In this document: positions 26,863-39,700 of the stretch, in pieces
Layout: each line of letters opens with the position of its first letter
Numbering within the stretch: the stretch's first letter is position 1
Program-made: the position numbers and the translations under genes
Notes under the pieces: model-generated
Told to the model about the DNA's origin: nothing
What the model saw: only the letters and a program-made list of their open reading frames with translations
Databases searched by the model: none
From: Camelus ferus
Lineage: Eukaryota
Length of the DNA: 64,000 nt
Direction of reading: 5' to 3'
Assembly: GCF_009834535.1 (NCBI RefSeq)
Contig: NC_045696.1
Span: forward strand, 110,982,001-111,046,000

Positions 26863-28240
26863 AGGACCTTTCTTGATAAAAAGAAGTTTTCAGTATGAGA
26901 GACTTGAGAGAAGCTCAGATCTGAGATTATGACTCATGTTGGCCCCCACCCACCCTCACTCACTTTGTGAGACCTAAGAGAGAGGCCAAATTGATTTCAA
27001 CTTTATACTTAGAACCTTGTATATTATAAACCATTTCCAAAATTGTTTGACCCTATCGGTAAAGAGATTTCATATGCCCAAATGTGTTTATGGAACCTAA
27101 AAGTACAGAATGGTAAGAAGGAAGGCTTGCTTGCCCTGCCCTTTCTAAGCTCCACCAAGTGCAGGGCAGCTTTGAGTTCAATGTGGCAGCTGGTGGCCCT
27201 GAAAGGAGGGCCGGGGGAAAGAGGGGAAGACCAAAGAACCCATAATCTTAGAGAACGTCCCAGAAAAGGAATTTGCAAGATAGATCATGACCAAACTTCT
27301 AATTATCTATTAGTTAGTGAGGTTCCTCCCTGAAAAAAGGAGGAGGAAATCATAACAACCTCCTGGGTCATATTATACATATGACAGAAGATTTTAAAAG
27401 CAATGCTAGAGATCTCTTACTGATCAGAGCAAGGATCGTTCTGGTCAGGGCAAAAATAAACAGCAACAGTATTTTGGATAATCCAGAAACACAGTAAACA
27501 TCAGTACTGATTTAAAGGTGGTCTGGAGTCAAGGTGATGAGGAGAATAAACAGGACTGACAGTCAGTGACTGACAAATAACAGATAGCAAGGTGGCAGAG
27601 TGATGACAATGTCTTGAATGAAAGACCAGGAAATGAAAACAGAATATAAACCAGTAAACATTTACAGAATCTACTGAAACATTCTGAGTGCTTATTTTTT
27701 TAAAGGCAGAAATATTTTAGACTAGAAATCCTTGGTATAAAGACAGTGCACTACCAGACGAAACCAAGAGTTTAAGGAAATGTGTTAAAATGAAAATAAT
27801 TATTGACAATATTATGTAGTAGAAAATGACAAGTGACAGATTGCTTGGTTTTGTTTTGTTTTGCTTTTTTATTTTTTGGTGGGAAGGAGACCCCAGGACC
27901 TCCTGTATAGATTGCTTAGTTTTATCTGACAATTATGGATTCAAAATTAGCTTCCACTTCTACTGGTTATGAGAACTTGGCCTCTTTACTTTAGTTTCCT
28001 AGTCTGAAAAATGAAATTAATAAGCATTCTTTCCCCCACAGGGAAGGAGAGTCTCCATGCAATCAGTATGCTTAGTATCCTGACAGGCAGGAAGCACTGG
28101 CACTAGGGGTGGGCCCCAGTCATTGGTGACTTTTGAAATCTAGGACTATGGAGACGGTATGTGGCTGCAAGTTAGGGAAGAAGTCCAGAGCAGTGTAAGT
28201 AAGGATGGCATACAAATCTTAAGGCTTCTCCCACGTTCTT

Positions 28241-28266
28241 AAAAAAAAAAAAAAAAAAAAAAAAAA
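28241..28266 (+). repeat. Poly(A) tract (A26)
   Basis: Homopolymer read directly; no attached retroelement body seen. Confidence 0.95.
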
Positions 28267-30476
28267 TCAGGGCACAAGCTCCTCCCTGAAATTCTCTGAG
28301 CTTCCTAAGATCTAGAAAGAATTTCTCCCCATTCACTTACTCTTAGTTTCCACTCTGCACCTTAGACTCATGATGTACCTTGAATGTGTAAAGTATGTAT
28401 CTCTCTGACCTTCAGAAACCTGAGTTATAAGTAACCATCTGAATTGCATAATTTGGAAAATACTTACATAGCTCTCAAATGGTGAACATTAGCCATAAAA
28501 TGTGTAATTTATACTGTAGAAAAATGTAGGGAAGGGAAATTTTCAGTACATTTACAAGTTGCCTGGGGCATCCTGCATGGGACATATTGCATGAAATGGA
28601 AAATACCTACTCAGCTCTCGGGCAAAAGTTGAACGTTAGCAATGATACGCATGGTTTTTACTGAGGTAAAATTTTTATGAGGAGATAAAATTACTGTACA
28701 TTGACAAAATAGGGTTCTTCTCTCTTTGGGAAATTAATTCAGTTCTGGTGATACTCTCATCACATTTCTGGAAGCTATTTTTGACACTGGCCTCTAATAA
28801 GGACATACCACAATACATTATTGAGCAGTTTCGGAATTAGACCATCATCCAACTCCTTTATCAGCTTTTCTGCCACTCATCTTGACTCTCAGTGTCTCAC
28901 TCCCGGTGATGACAATGGAAACTGATATGTCTTCTTTCTTTGAAAAGATGCTAATTTAAAAGAAAACATGCAAATTCTCTGCAATCTACAGGTAACCTTG
29001 GGCCTCGAAAATAGCGTTTCAGTAAAGAATAAAGAAGAAATTTGAAAATTTGTCACATTTTCATTTCCCCTGTGTTTACGAATTATGTGAGAGATACACT
29101 TTTTAGAATGAGAGTTATAACAAGAAACCCACCATAAACGAGAATTACTATTATTTTACTGTCAGTACAATTTGGTGGCTTGTGCCCTCCCCTCAAAAAA
29201 AAATGCTATAGCTATATGGACTAGATATGAAATTCTTTGAGATTAATTATCTTAATATTTTCTGACACACTTCCTAGACATTTAAGCACAGGAGAACATT
29301 AAATGTGGGAAATGAAGAAAAAGATTCTACTGTGTATTAAAATTACTAAGAGGCTATTCTCAGCCTTCATCCTAATGTTTGACAAAACCACATACCTAAT
29401 GTGACATTCCAGACCAGACTAAAATGTCCATTTCTCCATTTTCAGTGGAGAAAAGGAGTCACTTAATGTATCTATGCATCATTTTCCTTAGTGATAAAGC
29501 AGCAATATTTTTCATTGCTGTAGGAAGAAATTCATATAACACTTGATTAGAGATAGCATAAGGAATATTTTCAACACCATTATTCATTTCTTTGCTCCAA
29601 TGAAGCTGTAACTCAGTAGAGAAGAAGTCTAGGAGGATAATGCCAAACTGGAAATCAACACACATTTCCAAACACAACACTCAAGAAGCCTGTAATACGT
29701 GGGCAAATCAACCACAATGAAACACTTGGGGGCAAGAACAAGCTTTCTAAAACTCAGAAGTGACAGCAACCCAGCTCTAGGTTTTGATCCACCATCACTG
29801 TATAATTAAAACAACTTTCTGCCTAAATCTTCTGCAACTCATTGATGATACAATGATATTCAGAGTCGTTTAGTGTGCATTAAACATTTTTATTTGACAT
29901 CTTTTAAGTTAGATAAACCACATTTTTTTTTACTGAACATTTTAATTATTTTAAAATACTTCAGATGGGCCAAATGTCTTGTATGCACTTTAGTTACACT
30001 ATCAGTCCTGTCAGGGTCCTAAAGAGGAATTCTATTCCAGGAAGGGCCCTGGCAGCCTCATCAGAAAGTTCACACTCAGGACTTCGCTGTCTTTATTTCT
30101 GATCAACACAAGAGTCATTGTTAACTAACACATGGGCTTCCACTAGTGAAATTACTGGCTTACTGATTGGCACCATAGATAAAAATGAGCTTTCGTAGGT
30201 GAGTAGGTGGTGCTCGTGATAGGTGGATTGGATTGGCTAAGACATTTATTATAACAGAACTTCTATATTATGTGAATAAGGCATAAAAGTCTAAGGAGAT
30301 AAAATCTTCATCTGTCTGTATGTTTTTTTTTTCCCTCCTCCCTCCCTCCCTTCCTCCCTTTCCTCTCTTCTCTTCTCTCTTTCACTGAATTTCCGATCAG
30401 TTTAAGAATGTCTTAGAGTGTGAGAGTCTATTAAAAATACAAAATAGGTTTTGGAGTTTTTCTAAGTCTTTAATTT

Positions 30477-31135
30477 GTTAATTTGTTTTCTCCCAGCTTT
30501 TCTGAGGTATAATTGACAAACAAAAATTCTGTATATTTGAGGTATACGTGATGTTTTGATATATGTATACACTGTGAAATGATTACCACAGTCAGGCTAA
30601 ATAACACGCATCACCTCACATAGTTACAATATTTTTTTGTGTGGTGAGGACACTTAAAATCTACTTTCTTAGCAGATTTCAAGTAAACAGCATATTTTAT
30701 TAATTCTAATTAATATAATTAATTATTATATATAACTTATTAACTAAAATATTATGCTATATATTAAATCTCCAGAACTTACTTATCCTACATAAAACTT
30801 TACACCCAACCCTCTGCATTTCTCCCATACCCCAGCTCCTGCCAAGATTGAATCATGAATAAATAGAAAATCTGAACAGACCAATAAGGAGGAAGGAGAA
30901 TGAAGCAGAAGTCAAAACTCTCCCAGGAAAGAAAAGACCAGGACCAGATGGTTTCGCTGGTGAATGTTACCAAATTTTTAAAGAATTAATGCCAGTTCTT
31001 CTCAAACTTTTCCAAGAATTGAAGAGGAGGGAACACTTCCAAGCTCATTTTTACAAGGCCAGCCCTACCCTGATAGCAAAGCCAGACAAGAACACTACAC
31101 GAACATTACAGGCCGAGACTCCTGATGAACGTAGA
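30477..31135 (-). mobile_element. L1MA9-like LINE-1 with 5' inversion (3'UTR on minus strand, ORF2 RT piece on plus strand)
   Basis: 3'UTR 30485-30843 in reverse. Plus-strand ORF2 30844-31135 (RPGPDGFAGECYQIFKELMPVLLKLFQ...FYKASPTLIAKPDK). TSD TCTAAGTCTTT(A/C)ATTT at 30461-30476 and 31136-31151. Confidence 0.9.
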
Positions 31136-31264
31136 TCTAAGTCTTTCATTTGGATCGTGTACCTGCCCCCACCAGTCTTCCCTGGTACTTGTCACCAGAC
31201 TAGAGAATGAATCTATGTCTATGTTCTATGTTGATAGTCACCATGTGTGACACCACTTGGAACA

Positions 31265-31480
31265 TCAGAGCTTAGAAGAGAAATAGATCTGAGTTCCAGC
31301 CTTAACTCTCTTTCTTACTAATTCTGTGATCTCTGGAGCTGATGTTTGAGTTTCGGTGTCTGGAAAGAGAGATGATATCATCCCATTTGCAGGGCTTCTC
31401 TGCTGACTAACTGGACCAGTTTGGATGGAGTCTCTTGCATGCTGTTTTGCCCTTAGTAAGATTTAATAAACGTTAGCTCA
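31265..31480 (+). mobile_element. MIR
   Basis: 'agatctgagttccagccttaactc...ttactaattctgtgatct...ttagtaagatttaataaacgttagct'. Confidence 0.55.
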
Positions 31481-34029
31481 TTTCTGCCCCTTTGAGAACA
31501 TAGATTAGGCATTCGGGAAGGCCCACCTGCTTTCTGCTCAGCTTCACTGAAGTTTAACTGAAGTACGATAAATGGCACTTACTTAAAATGTAAATCTTGA
31601 TGAAGTTTGACATATGTATGTGCTTTGAAAACTGCCTGCTTTCACAAGCCACAGTTTTCCATCTGGAATGCTTTCTACAAATTGTGGTTAGTTAAAGCTT
31701 TCTGCTGCGCCTTTGACCGTGTCGACATAAACGGCATCCAGCGTGTATAGAATCAGATCTGAAGCTTCGAGTCGGGACTTTATTCCAGCATTTAACCCTT
31801 ACATTCCTCTCCAGCTTTTGTCTCCTTTGGATTGTTATAGAAAAGTCTGATCTTCATTCTTCATGCATGCCTTGTCCCAGGTTTACAACCTTCTCTCTAG
31901 AATAGCACTCTGTCCCATGTCCATTATCTATTAAAATCTTACCCTTCCTTTAAAAATCAGCTGAAATCAGGACTCTGTAGGTCCACCCTACCTGCAGCAG
32001 AGCTGCCTTTAGCATCATCTGAGGGCTTTGTTGTAACTACATTGTAATTCAGCTTCTCTTTCCACGGATACCGATGTAGAGGGCACTCCCCCAGTGAACT
32101 TCCTGCACATAAACTTGTCTGTTTCCCAGGGGGGCAGAAATCAACTGAAATGTCATATCATTTATGAAGGAGTCTCATCAATGTTCCCAATTCTGGTTTC
32201 CTTTACTACCCTGTCCCATTGCCACTGTGTTTACTACGTGACTGACAAGTACATGAAAATCTCCTAGCTCAGTGTCTGACGCGGAGTAGGAATTCCATCA
32301 ATGTTACTTTCACATGATCAATAGTAAATCCCTTGACTACCTACACCTATTCATTCACTTAATAAAAACGGATTAACATTTTAGCTGGCTGATGCTGTGT
32401 AAGTCAGGGTGGGAGGGGTATAGGTATGAAAAAACAGTTACCCCACAATCCAGTGGGAAAGATAAATGAGCAAAGAGACAATCACAGCTCAGTGTGACCT
32501 GTGTGATCAAAGAGAGTATGGGGGTCAGGAGAGGGGACTCCTTGCCCTCAGCTCCAGCTGCTCATTGTCATATGGTAAGGCATTCCCAATGTTGGATTTT
32601 CCAATTTGTCAAGCAAAACTAGACATCTGTATGTTTAAATAGACTCTCATTTTTCAACGTGTGTTCAATTTTCTCAAAGATGGCTTTGGGCAAACTAAAA
32701 GATTTTGAGGGGTGGGTCCAGCCTGCAGGGCATCAGTTTATGAATTCTGCTTCACTACCTCATCAGTGCAATGCCACACATAACTAGTGAGATAAAAGGG
32801 GCCCACTGTGTGCTGGGAAACACACCAGTGTTGAGAAGGATGTTATTCTTCCACTGAACTTACCCTCTTTCTCTTTGGCTGCCCCATCCTCTAGTGTCAT
32901 AGTGTCTCAGCTCAGGGTTCCATTGTGAGTTTTCTACAGTCCACACCATGCCCTACACATGCCCCAAGCCACGGTCAATTGTGATGCCAATTAGCACCAT
33001 TGTTGCAGTGTTCATGATCTTTGCAGTAAAGAAATAGTTCTATAATGTGTCTTTTAAGAAGGACAAACATAAGCTAGTCCAAGAATACACGATATTTCAA
33101 AAAAATTGTAAAGGCTATATATTATCTTTAAAAGTGAAAAATATTCCTAAGTATTTAGTGTGCAGCATGAGATCCTAGCCACTTATTAACGGCTCCTTCT
33201 CTGGCCTCTTATATGAATCATTGCTTAGTTGAAGATAACAGAAACCACTCTGGCATTTTAAGAAGGGTGATTTATACAGGGAAATTTGGTGTCAACAGAA
33301 TCATCATCTGTCTGAAAATCCAGGTCTCCAGGATTGACTCCCAGCCAACAGCAAAGATCTGAGTCCATGCGAGGTACCTGCGGTGCTGGCGTCGGGTCAT
33401 CTTCACTGGGATCTGGAAGTCATTGGAGCCACTGCCAGTCTGCTCAGCTCCACGCTGTCTTAGCTGAAACCCACAGGTAAAGTGGCTGCTACCTGCTCAG
33501 AGCCAAGCCACGCTTATTAGATTCGCATCGGCAAAGCACATCCTTTGCACACCACTATCCTCTCTCAGCCTAAAACATTTCTGAATTCAAATTCATGAAA
33601 TTCATGGGGGGCATCTATTCAGAGAAACTTGAATAATATTTGGAAACTTCAACCTCAAGAGATTCTGGGAAATATAAAGGGATTTTTAAATGAAATTTTA
33701 CTTTATATTATAGTGTCTTCAGAATAATATTTTTCATTGTTTAAACCTATGTCTTTTAAAATATGGTGTTTTTTTAAATCTAAAAATGAATACATTTCAT
33801 AAAAAGATGATTAGGGCATCTACCATTGGTATTGGTCACATAAACACCTATATATGTCCTTCTTTCTGTACATAAAATTCAAAACAGCAACAAAAGCCAC
33901 AATTGCTTATTGGAATTAAAAAAACACACATTTACAGATGTCAGGAAAGGTGCTGATTTGCTAGAGTCGGCTTACTGTATTTGGAATAGCAGTGGTAACT
34001 GGAGACATCACCTAATTAAGATATAGATC

Positions 34030-34645
34030 AATTTTATAGACATATTTTTAAATAAAATTTTGTTTTAGAATAGTTTTAAATTTACAGAAAAATTGCACAA
34101 ATAGTAGAGCGAGCTCCCATTTACCCAACACACATCTCCCCCTATTATTAACCTCTTATGCTATTATGGTAATTTGTCACAATTAATGAACCAATATTTA
34201 TACATATTATTAACCAATATCCACACTTTATTCAGATTTTCTCGGGTTTCCCCTAATGTCTTCTTTACTGGTTCCAGGCTCACATCCAGGGCACCACATT
34301 ACCTTTAGTGATCCTGTCTCCTTAGGGTCCTTTTAGCTGTGACAGTTTCTCAAATTTCCTTGTTTTCGATAACCTTGACTGTCTTGAGGAGTATTGTTAG
34401 AGCAGACAGAGCACTAGATATGAGCAGAGAGAGGGGAACACTAACAGTATTGGTCAGGTATTTTTTAGAATCTTTCCATTTGGATTTGTCTGACATTTTT
34501 ATCATCACTAGAGTAGGGTTATGGGTTTGGGGAAAGAAAAACTTAAGCTTTGAAAATGAAGTGCTGTTCTCATCATATCATGTAAGGGTCTGATTTCTCG
34601 ATGTGGCTGATCACTGTTGGTGTTAACCTTGATTGCCTGGCTAAG
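34030..34645 (-). mobile_element. L1MD-like 3' end, interrupted by the mini-LTR
   Basis: 'ttttagaatagttttaaatttacagaaaaattgc...caattaatgaaccaatatt...ctgtgacagtttctca...ttgaggagtat|tggtcaggtatttt'. Confidence 0.85.
34395..34446 (+). mobile_element. 52-bp ERV1 LTR remnant (mini-LTR)
   Basis: TGTTAG...CTAACA termini, TSD GTAT on both sides, 39 of 47 ungapped identity to the reverse complement of 873-919. Confidence 0.85.
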
Positions 34646-35609
34646 AGAGCACATCCATCTATCACACAGGTTACATGATATGTTAGATGAGGGTGTTAGA
34701 AGGATTCATACACCTGCGTCTTTCAAATGTTTTCCTGGTGGCACTAATCTCTGTATGTCCTGTGTGTGGTATCACTCTTGGGGTTCAGTTTTGTTGGAGA
34801 GGAGCTTGGCATGTCCTGTGTAAGAACTTCCAGTCCTCAGTGTCAGGAAAAATGACACGAGGCCTGACAATTTCTGAGTACCTCTGTCCAACTAGATTCT
34901 CAAGAACTGGGAAGTAATCGCAAGGTGGATTTATGGACCAGCTGGTTCCACTGCAAGACAGACTGAGGTCAAAACTCCCATCTGGCTGGTGGGCCATAGT
35001 GGTCTTCTGCACTAGGTCCCCAGAAATTAGCACTGGCTCAGAGGTAATGTTTAATAATCTCCCCCCAAAAATCTGAGTATTTCTGGGTGTGTCCCTTTCT
35101 TCAATGTGCAGGCACTGAAGTAGATGCTTTTTCTATTCCATATCACATCACACTGTGCCACTGGAGAGGTAATCAGGCAATCGCTGTACCAACCACACAC
35201 TCTCTAAAGCTCCTCGATGTCTGCCAGGCCCCTCTTCTTGCTAGAAGACAGCAGGTTTGCTGCAAGCAGTCATAGCTCACTGCTGCTTGGTCTTTTCCCT
35301 AAACTCAGTGTTTAAGTCACCAGAAGGTTGGGGGAGTCTATTTGTAAGTAATCTTTACAGTAGAAAAATCCCTATTCTTAGTTACAATTATTTCAATTAC
35401 TAGGTGAGTGGTCAAGGATCATAGGTTATGTTTATGCTGGGAAAAATAAACAGGGGAAAAGAAGAAAATTATAGCATCGATATTTCTGTCTCCAGAGAAA
35501 AACACCTCATAATATTCATTTTTCATCTTTACATAGACTGAAAGTGTTCCATAGAGGACCCGAGAACTTTTTCCTTTCACTTACCAGTATACACGCAGTG
35601 TCTCATTAC

Positions 35610-35845
35610 ATCAGTGATACGGCTTATAGATTACGACGCTGGGCTGGGTTTGCTCCCTATGTTCGCCTCCTACTCATTGTGTAATCTTGACTTTAGCCTT
35701 TCTGAGCTTCAATTTTCTTTATCTGTACAGTGGGGGAGAATAAAAGTATCCACTGTACAGAGTTAGGAGAGAGAAATGTGAAGCACATAGTCACGTTAGT
35801 ACCTAATATATAGTATGTATTCAATAAACATTACTTCTTGTCATC
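35610..35845 (+). mobile_element. MIR
   Basis: 'gggctgggtttgctcc...tgtgtaatcttga...ttctgagcttcaattttctttatctgtac...tattcaataaacatta'. Confidence 0.7.
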
Positions 35846-37099
35846 ATTCCATGTCAGTAAATATTTATCAGCATTAAGCCATTTAATAATAACTCAGAAT
35901 TTATTAGAGGTATGTACCTTAATTTACCTAACCAATAAAATATATTTTTATTATATCTTGTTTTTTATTTTAAATTAAATGTGGTGAAATCCATCCAGAA
36001 TCGTACATAGTAAATAATAAGTACACTGTATATATGATGTATGCATGAATAGAAAAAGGTATGACTAATAAATTATAAAAATAAATACACAATGAATAAA
36101 TATTTGTGGAGCCTTTTCAATAAGTTGATGAATTTCCAGAAGTAAGATATATAATTTTTTCAAGTTTATTTATGTGCATTTCATGATTGCCCTAGAAAGA
36201 AAGACTTTACCATTTTCCATTCCCTCTGTTGGGTAAGAGACTGTTTCCCTGCATATAAAATAGATTTCCTTATTCTCTCTAACAGGAGTGTATTTGTTAG
36301 CTCAGATCACCATGACACATTATTAAAGCCAGTGATTTAAGTACCTTCTCTTTGGTTTTCATCATGTTGTTTTATTACTGTCTGAAATAGCTGACAGAGC
36401 CTCTAATTGGTTGGGGTTTTCTAGAGCTTTCTGGGGATCCGGGGACTCAGTTATGTATTCAGGTATAGACCTTTTCCAGGGCCACAGGGTGTCTGCTGTG
36501 TGAAATCTGGACTCTCGGGGATTTCAATCACACAAAACCAAACTTGTAAAAATGGGCAGCAATAGCTATGGTGTCTAAGGGAGGTGTGCTTACCTAGTTG
36601 AAAGTAAAACAATTTGTCTGTTCAGTCTTTTGGAGTTATATTGAGAGGTTATAAGTGTCTAAGTTTGTGAAAATGTGTAGCCTTTACCTGTTTTGACCAG
36701 CTGGAAATATGAATGATCGTTATCTAACTTAAGTTCCAAATGTTGGTATTTTGTCGGCATTACTGTAAACGTGAGTGAGGTGAGGTGAAGGCTAGTTAAT
36801 CTGAGCAGCTATGAGATCATTAAATTGCTCAGGTAATCTTAATCCCCTCTAAGGTGAATCTTGGGGCAGGGAGAAACACAATTAGTTATCACTTCTCCAC
36901 AGTCACCCTGAACACAGGTCCTGTCCCTGCAGGAGCAGGTCAGCATCACCTGGGTCCTCCATGGACAGGGAGGGTTCAGGGCCAGCCCCAGGCCTCCTGG
37001 GTCAGTATTAGTAGTGAAATAAAACCTTCAGGTGATTTGTGTGCACGTGAGTGTTTGGCATGCACTGTTTTCAGCTACTCAGCAGAAAACATCCTTGAG

Positions 37100-37510
37100 T
37101 ATACAACTTCTCATTTCTGTGACGTTTGATAAGTTATTGTACCCTGTAAGTCTGAGTTTTCTCATCTATAAAATATTAACAGCATTTCTTTATAGAAGTC
37201 TTAATAGAATTAAATAACATAATATGAATAAAGTGCCTGGCCTGGGAGAGAGTGTTGTCTTGTGTTATAAATCCATCTCTACAGTGCTCAATGCTACCAT
37301 GACTGAAGAATTGTTCTGTGCAATGTGTTACACTGCATGAAATACAATACATTATTATTTTTTCTGTAAAGCAAATATGAATGAATCCCATTTTACTGAT
37401 AAGAACTATGAGGTCAGAAGGATTAAAGAACTTACACAAAACCATAAAACTGGTCAGCAAGGGAGCTGGGATTCAAACCCAAGTTTACACAGCTCAAATC
37501 TCTACCTTCT
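37100..37510. mobile_element. Two MIR fragments in opposite orientation (plus ~37100-37250, minus ~37340-37510)
   Basis: 'gagttttctcatctataaaat' and 'cccattttactgataagaactatgagg...ctgggattcaaaccc'. Confidence 0.65.
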
Positions 37511-37568
37511 TTATTTCAAGCTGAAAATTGTTCTCTTCATTATGAAGAAAGTTTCTTTTATACCCTAT

Positions 37569-37715
37569 TTTTTTCTGTTTTTGTTTTTATTTTATTTTAT
37601 TTTATTTTATTTTATTTTATTTTATTGAGTTATAGTCAGTTTACAATGTTGTGTCAATTTCTAGTGTAGAACAAAATTTTTCAGTTATACATGAACATAC
37701 ATATATTCATAAATG
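37569..37715 (-). mobile_element. Young L1 3' stub with (TTTTA)n tail
   Basis: 'ttattgagttatagtcagtttacaatgttgtgtcaattt'; TSD core TATACCCTAT at 37559-37568 and 37716-37725. Confidence 0.85.
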
Positions 37716-38504
37716 TATACCCTATATTTTTAATTTATCCCCACTCCACAGACTTATTTAATTGATGTGCAATATAATTGAATTCTTTGAAGTTAAAGAA
37801 AAACCATATCCTCGGAATGATGTTTCCTCCCTTGCACCACTGTTTGTCATGAAAACAACTGAAGTTAGTCTCGTTTGGCATGATTTCCTTTACTTCCTTC
37901 ATAGGGTTATTCAGAGTTGATGTCATACTCTGCGAATAGCCTTAAAAAGTTCTCTACATGTGAGCTACTGGGAATGAAGAAAAGCAGAACTGAGGAATCT
38001 GGCTGCCTCTCATGACAGAGAGGCAGGAAGCAGCAATACCAGATGAAGAGCAGGCTTTGCTCATCCTGACAGCTGACGCTGGACCAGTCTCACTATCAGA
38101 AAGCCCATGGCAACAACAAATACATAACAAATGCCCCCGGGATACAAAGAGTCCTGTGAATGCACAGGTTACTTTCAAAGGAGCATTTAGTTTCTAGATG
38201 AGGGTCCCCTTTTTTACAAAGGTTATTACTGACAGTGAGATTTCTGTGTGAACAATGAAACAGAAGTCCTGTCGAGTGGGACACGCAGATAACGTCACTT
38301 TCAAATAGGAAACACATGCAATGAAAATTTTTGTTTGTTGTCTGTGAGCCAAAAGGATAGGCATGAGAGAGTGGGCAAAGAAATCAAAAAGGTGAGAAAA
38401 GGGACAAGGAGGTAAGAAAACCTAACAAGACCAGTTGTCCCTTTGTAAGAAAACCATTCTGCCCAAAATGTATCTCTCAAAATACTGACTGAAGTTTTTA
38501 TTTA

Positions 38505-38672
38505 ACTAATAAATATATAATAATAAATAATATATAAATATATAAAATGCATATGTTTATAATATAATATACATGATATGTAATATATAACACATATAAA
38601 TATATGAAATATATATATATATAAAATAAATAATTTTATATTTTTTATTTATATATATATAAAATAAATAAT
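38505..38672. repeat. AT-rich low-complexity / (TA)n region
   Basis: Almost entirely A/T, with repeated 'tatatatatataaaataaataat'. Confidence 0.85.
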
Positions 38673-39334
38673 GATAAAGCACAGTAGAAAACTATTGGAA
38701 TACCAATAAGCATAGGACAATTCTGTCCTTGGAGAACAGGCCGTGTAGGTGGGCAGATGGAATAAACATGGGAAAATGGCATTCAATAAGGATCAAAAAG
38801 AAGGCTTACTTATGGGGATCCTTGACCAAACATTCATTCCCTTCTTTTGGGGGAAGATTCTCTTCTTTATACTGTGTGTAGATAGCATTTAATAATGGAA
38901 GTAGGTAGAATACAGAAGAGAAGGGGGGGGAAGACTAAACTGCTTCTGTCTATACCACCTGCTTCTCTAAATTAAATATTAAAGGCTGGTAGTAGGGATG
39001 CTATGAGGTGGAAAGGATGTGGTGAAGGTCTGAGACTCTTGAGGGCTTCTAGAACATGGAAAGTGGAAAAGCAAAATTTACCTGCGATCTTGGAGCCCAC
39101 AGAGGAAAGTGTATTGGAAAGAAGAGTATTCAAACGAAGGGAGTGTTGGCTATATTCTTAGTCCCATTTCTAAGACACTATGGGCTCTAGGATGAACTGC
39201 CAATTTAATAACTTCCTTTGAGGAATGGGTGGGACACTCAAAAAGAATATTTATATTGAATTTAATGTGTCCCAATTTAGGAAACATTAAATGAATTGTG
39301 AAGGGGAAAAAATTACACATTGGAATTTAATTGC

Positions 39335-39700
39335 ATTAGAGTAGGTTAAATTATGCTGTAATAACAAAAAACTCATCAAAATAGAATGGGCTTCAACCAA
39401 CCAACCAACCAACCAAACACAGGGTTTAATTTACATTCAGGCCACATTTTCTTTGAGTGTTAGTGGGGACTTTGCGTTCCCTTACCTTGCTCAGAGATCC
39501 AGGCCAATGGAGACTTCATTGTCCAGAACTTCTTGGTCATAACTGCACTGGCAAATAAAGGCCAGAATTGATATGTTTCACTTCCATTCATACTTCACTG
39601 GTCATGTTGCCTGACTTAGGAGGGTCAAGGCCATGCAACCATCCTGTTGACCCAGAAGTAGAATAACCTGCTATTAATGAATAGGAGTCATGGCCACCAT
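39335..39700 (-). mobile_element. MLT1J/K-like MaLR LTR containing a (CCAA)n microsatellite
   Basis: 'taggttaaattatgctgtaataacaaaaa', 'ctcagagatccaggcc', 'tttcacttccattcatacttcactgg'. Confidence 0.65.
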
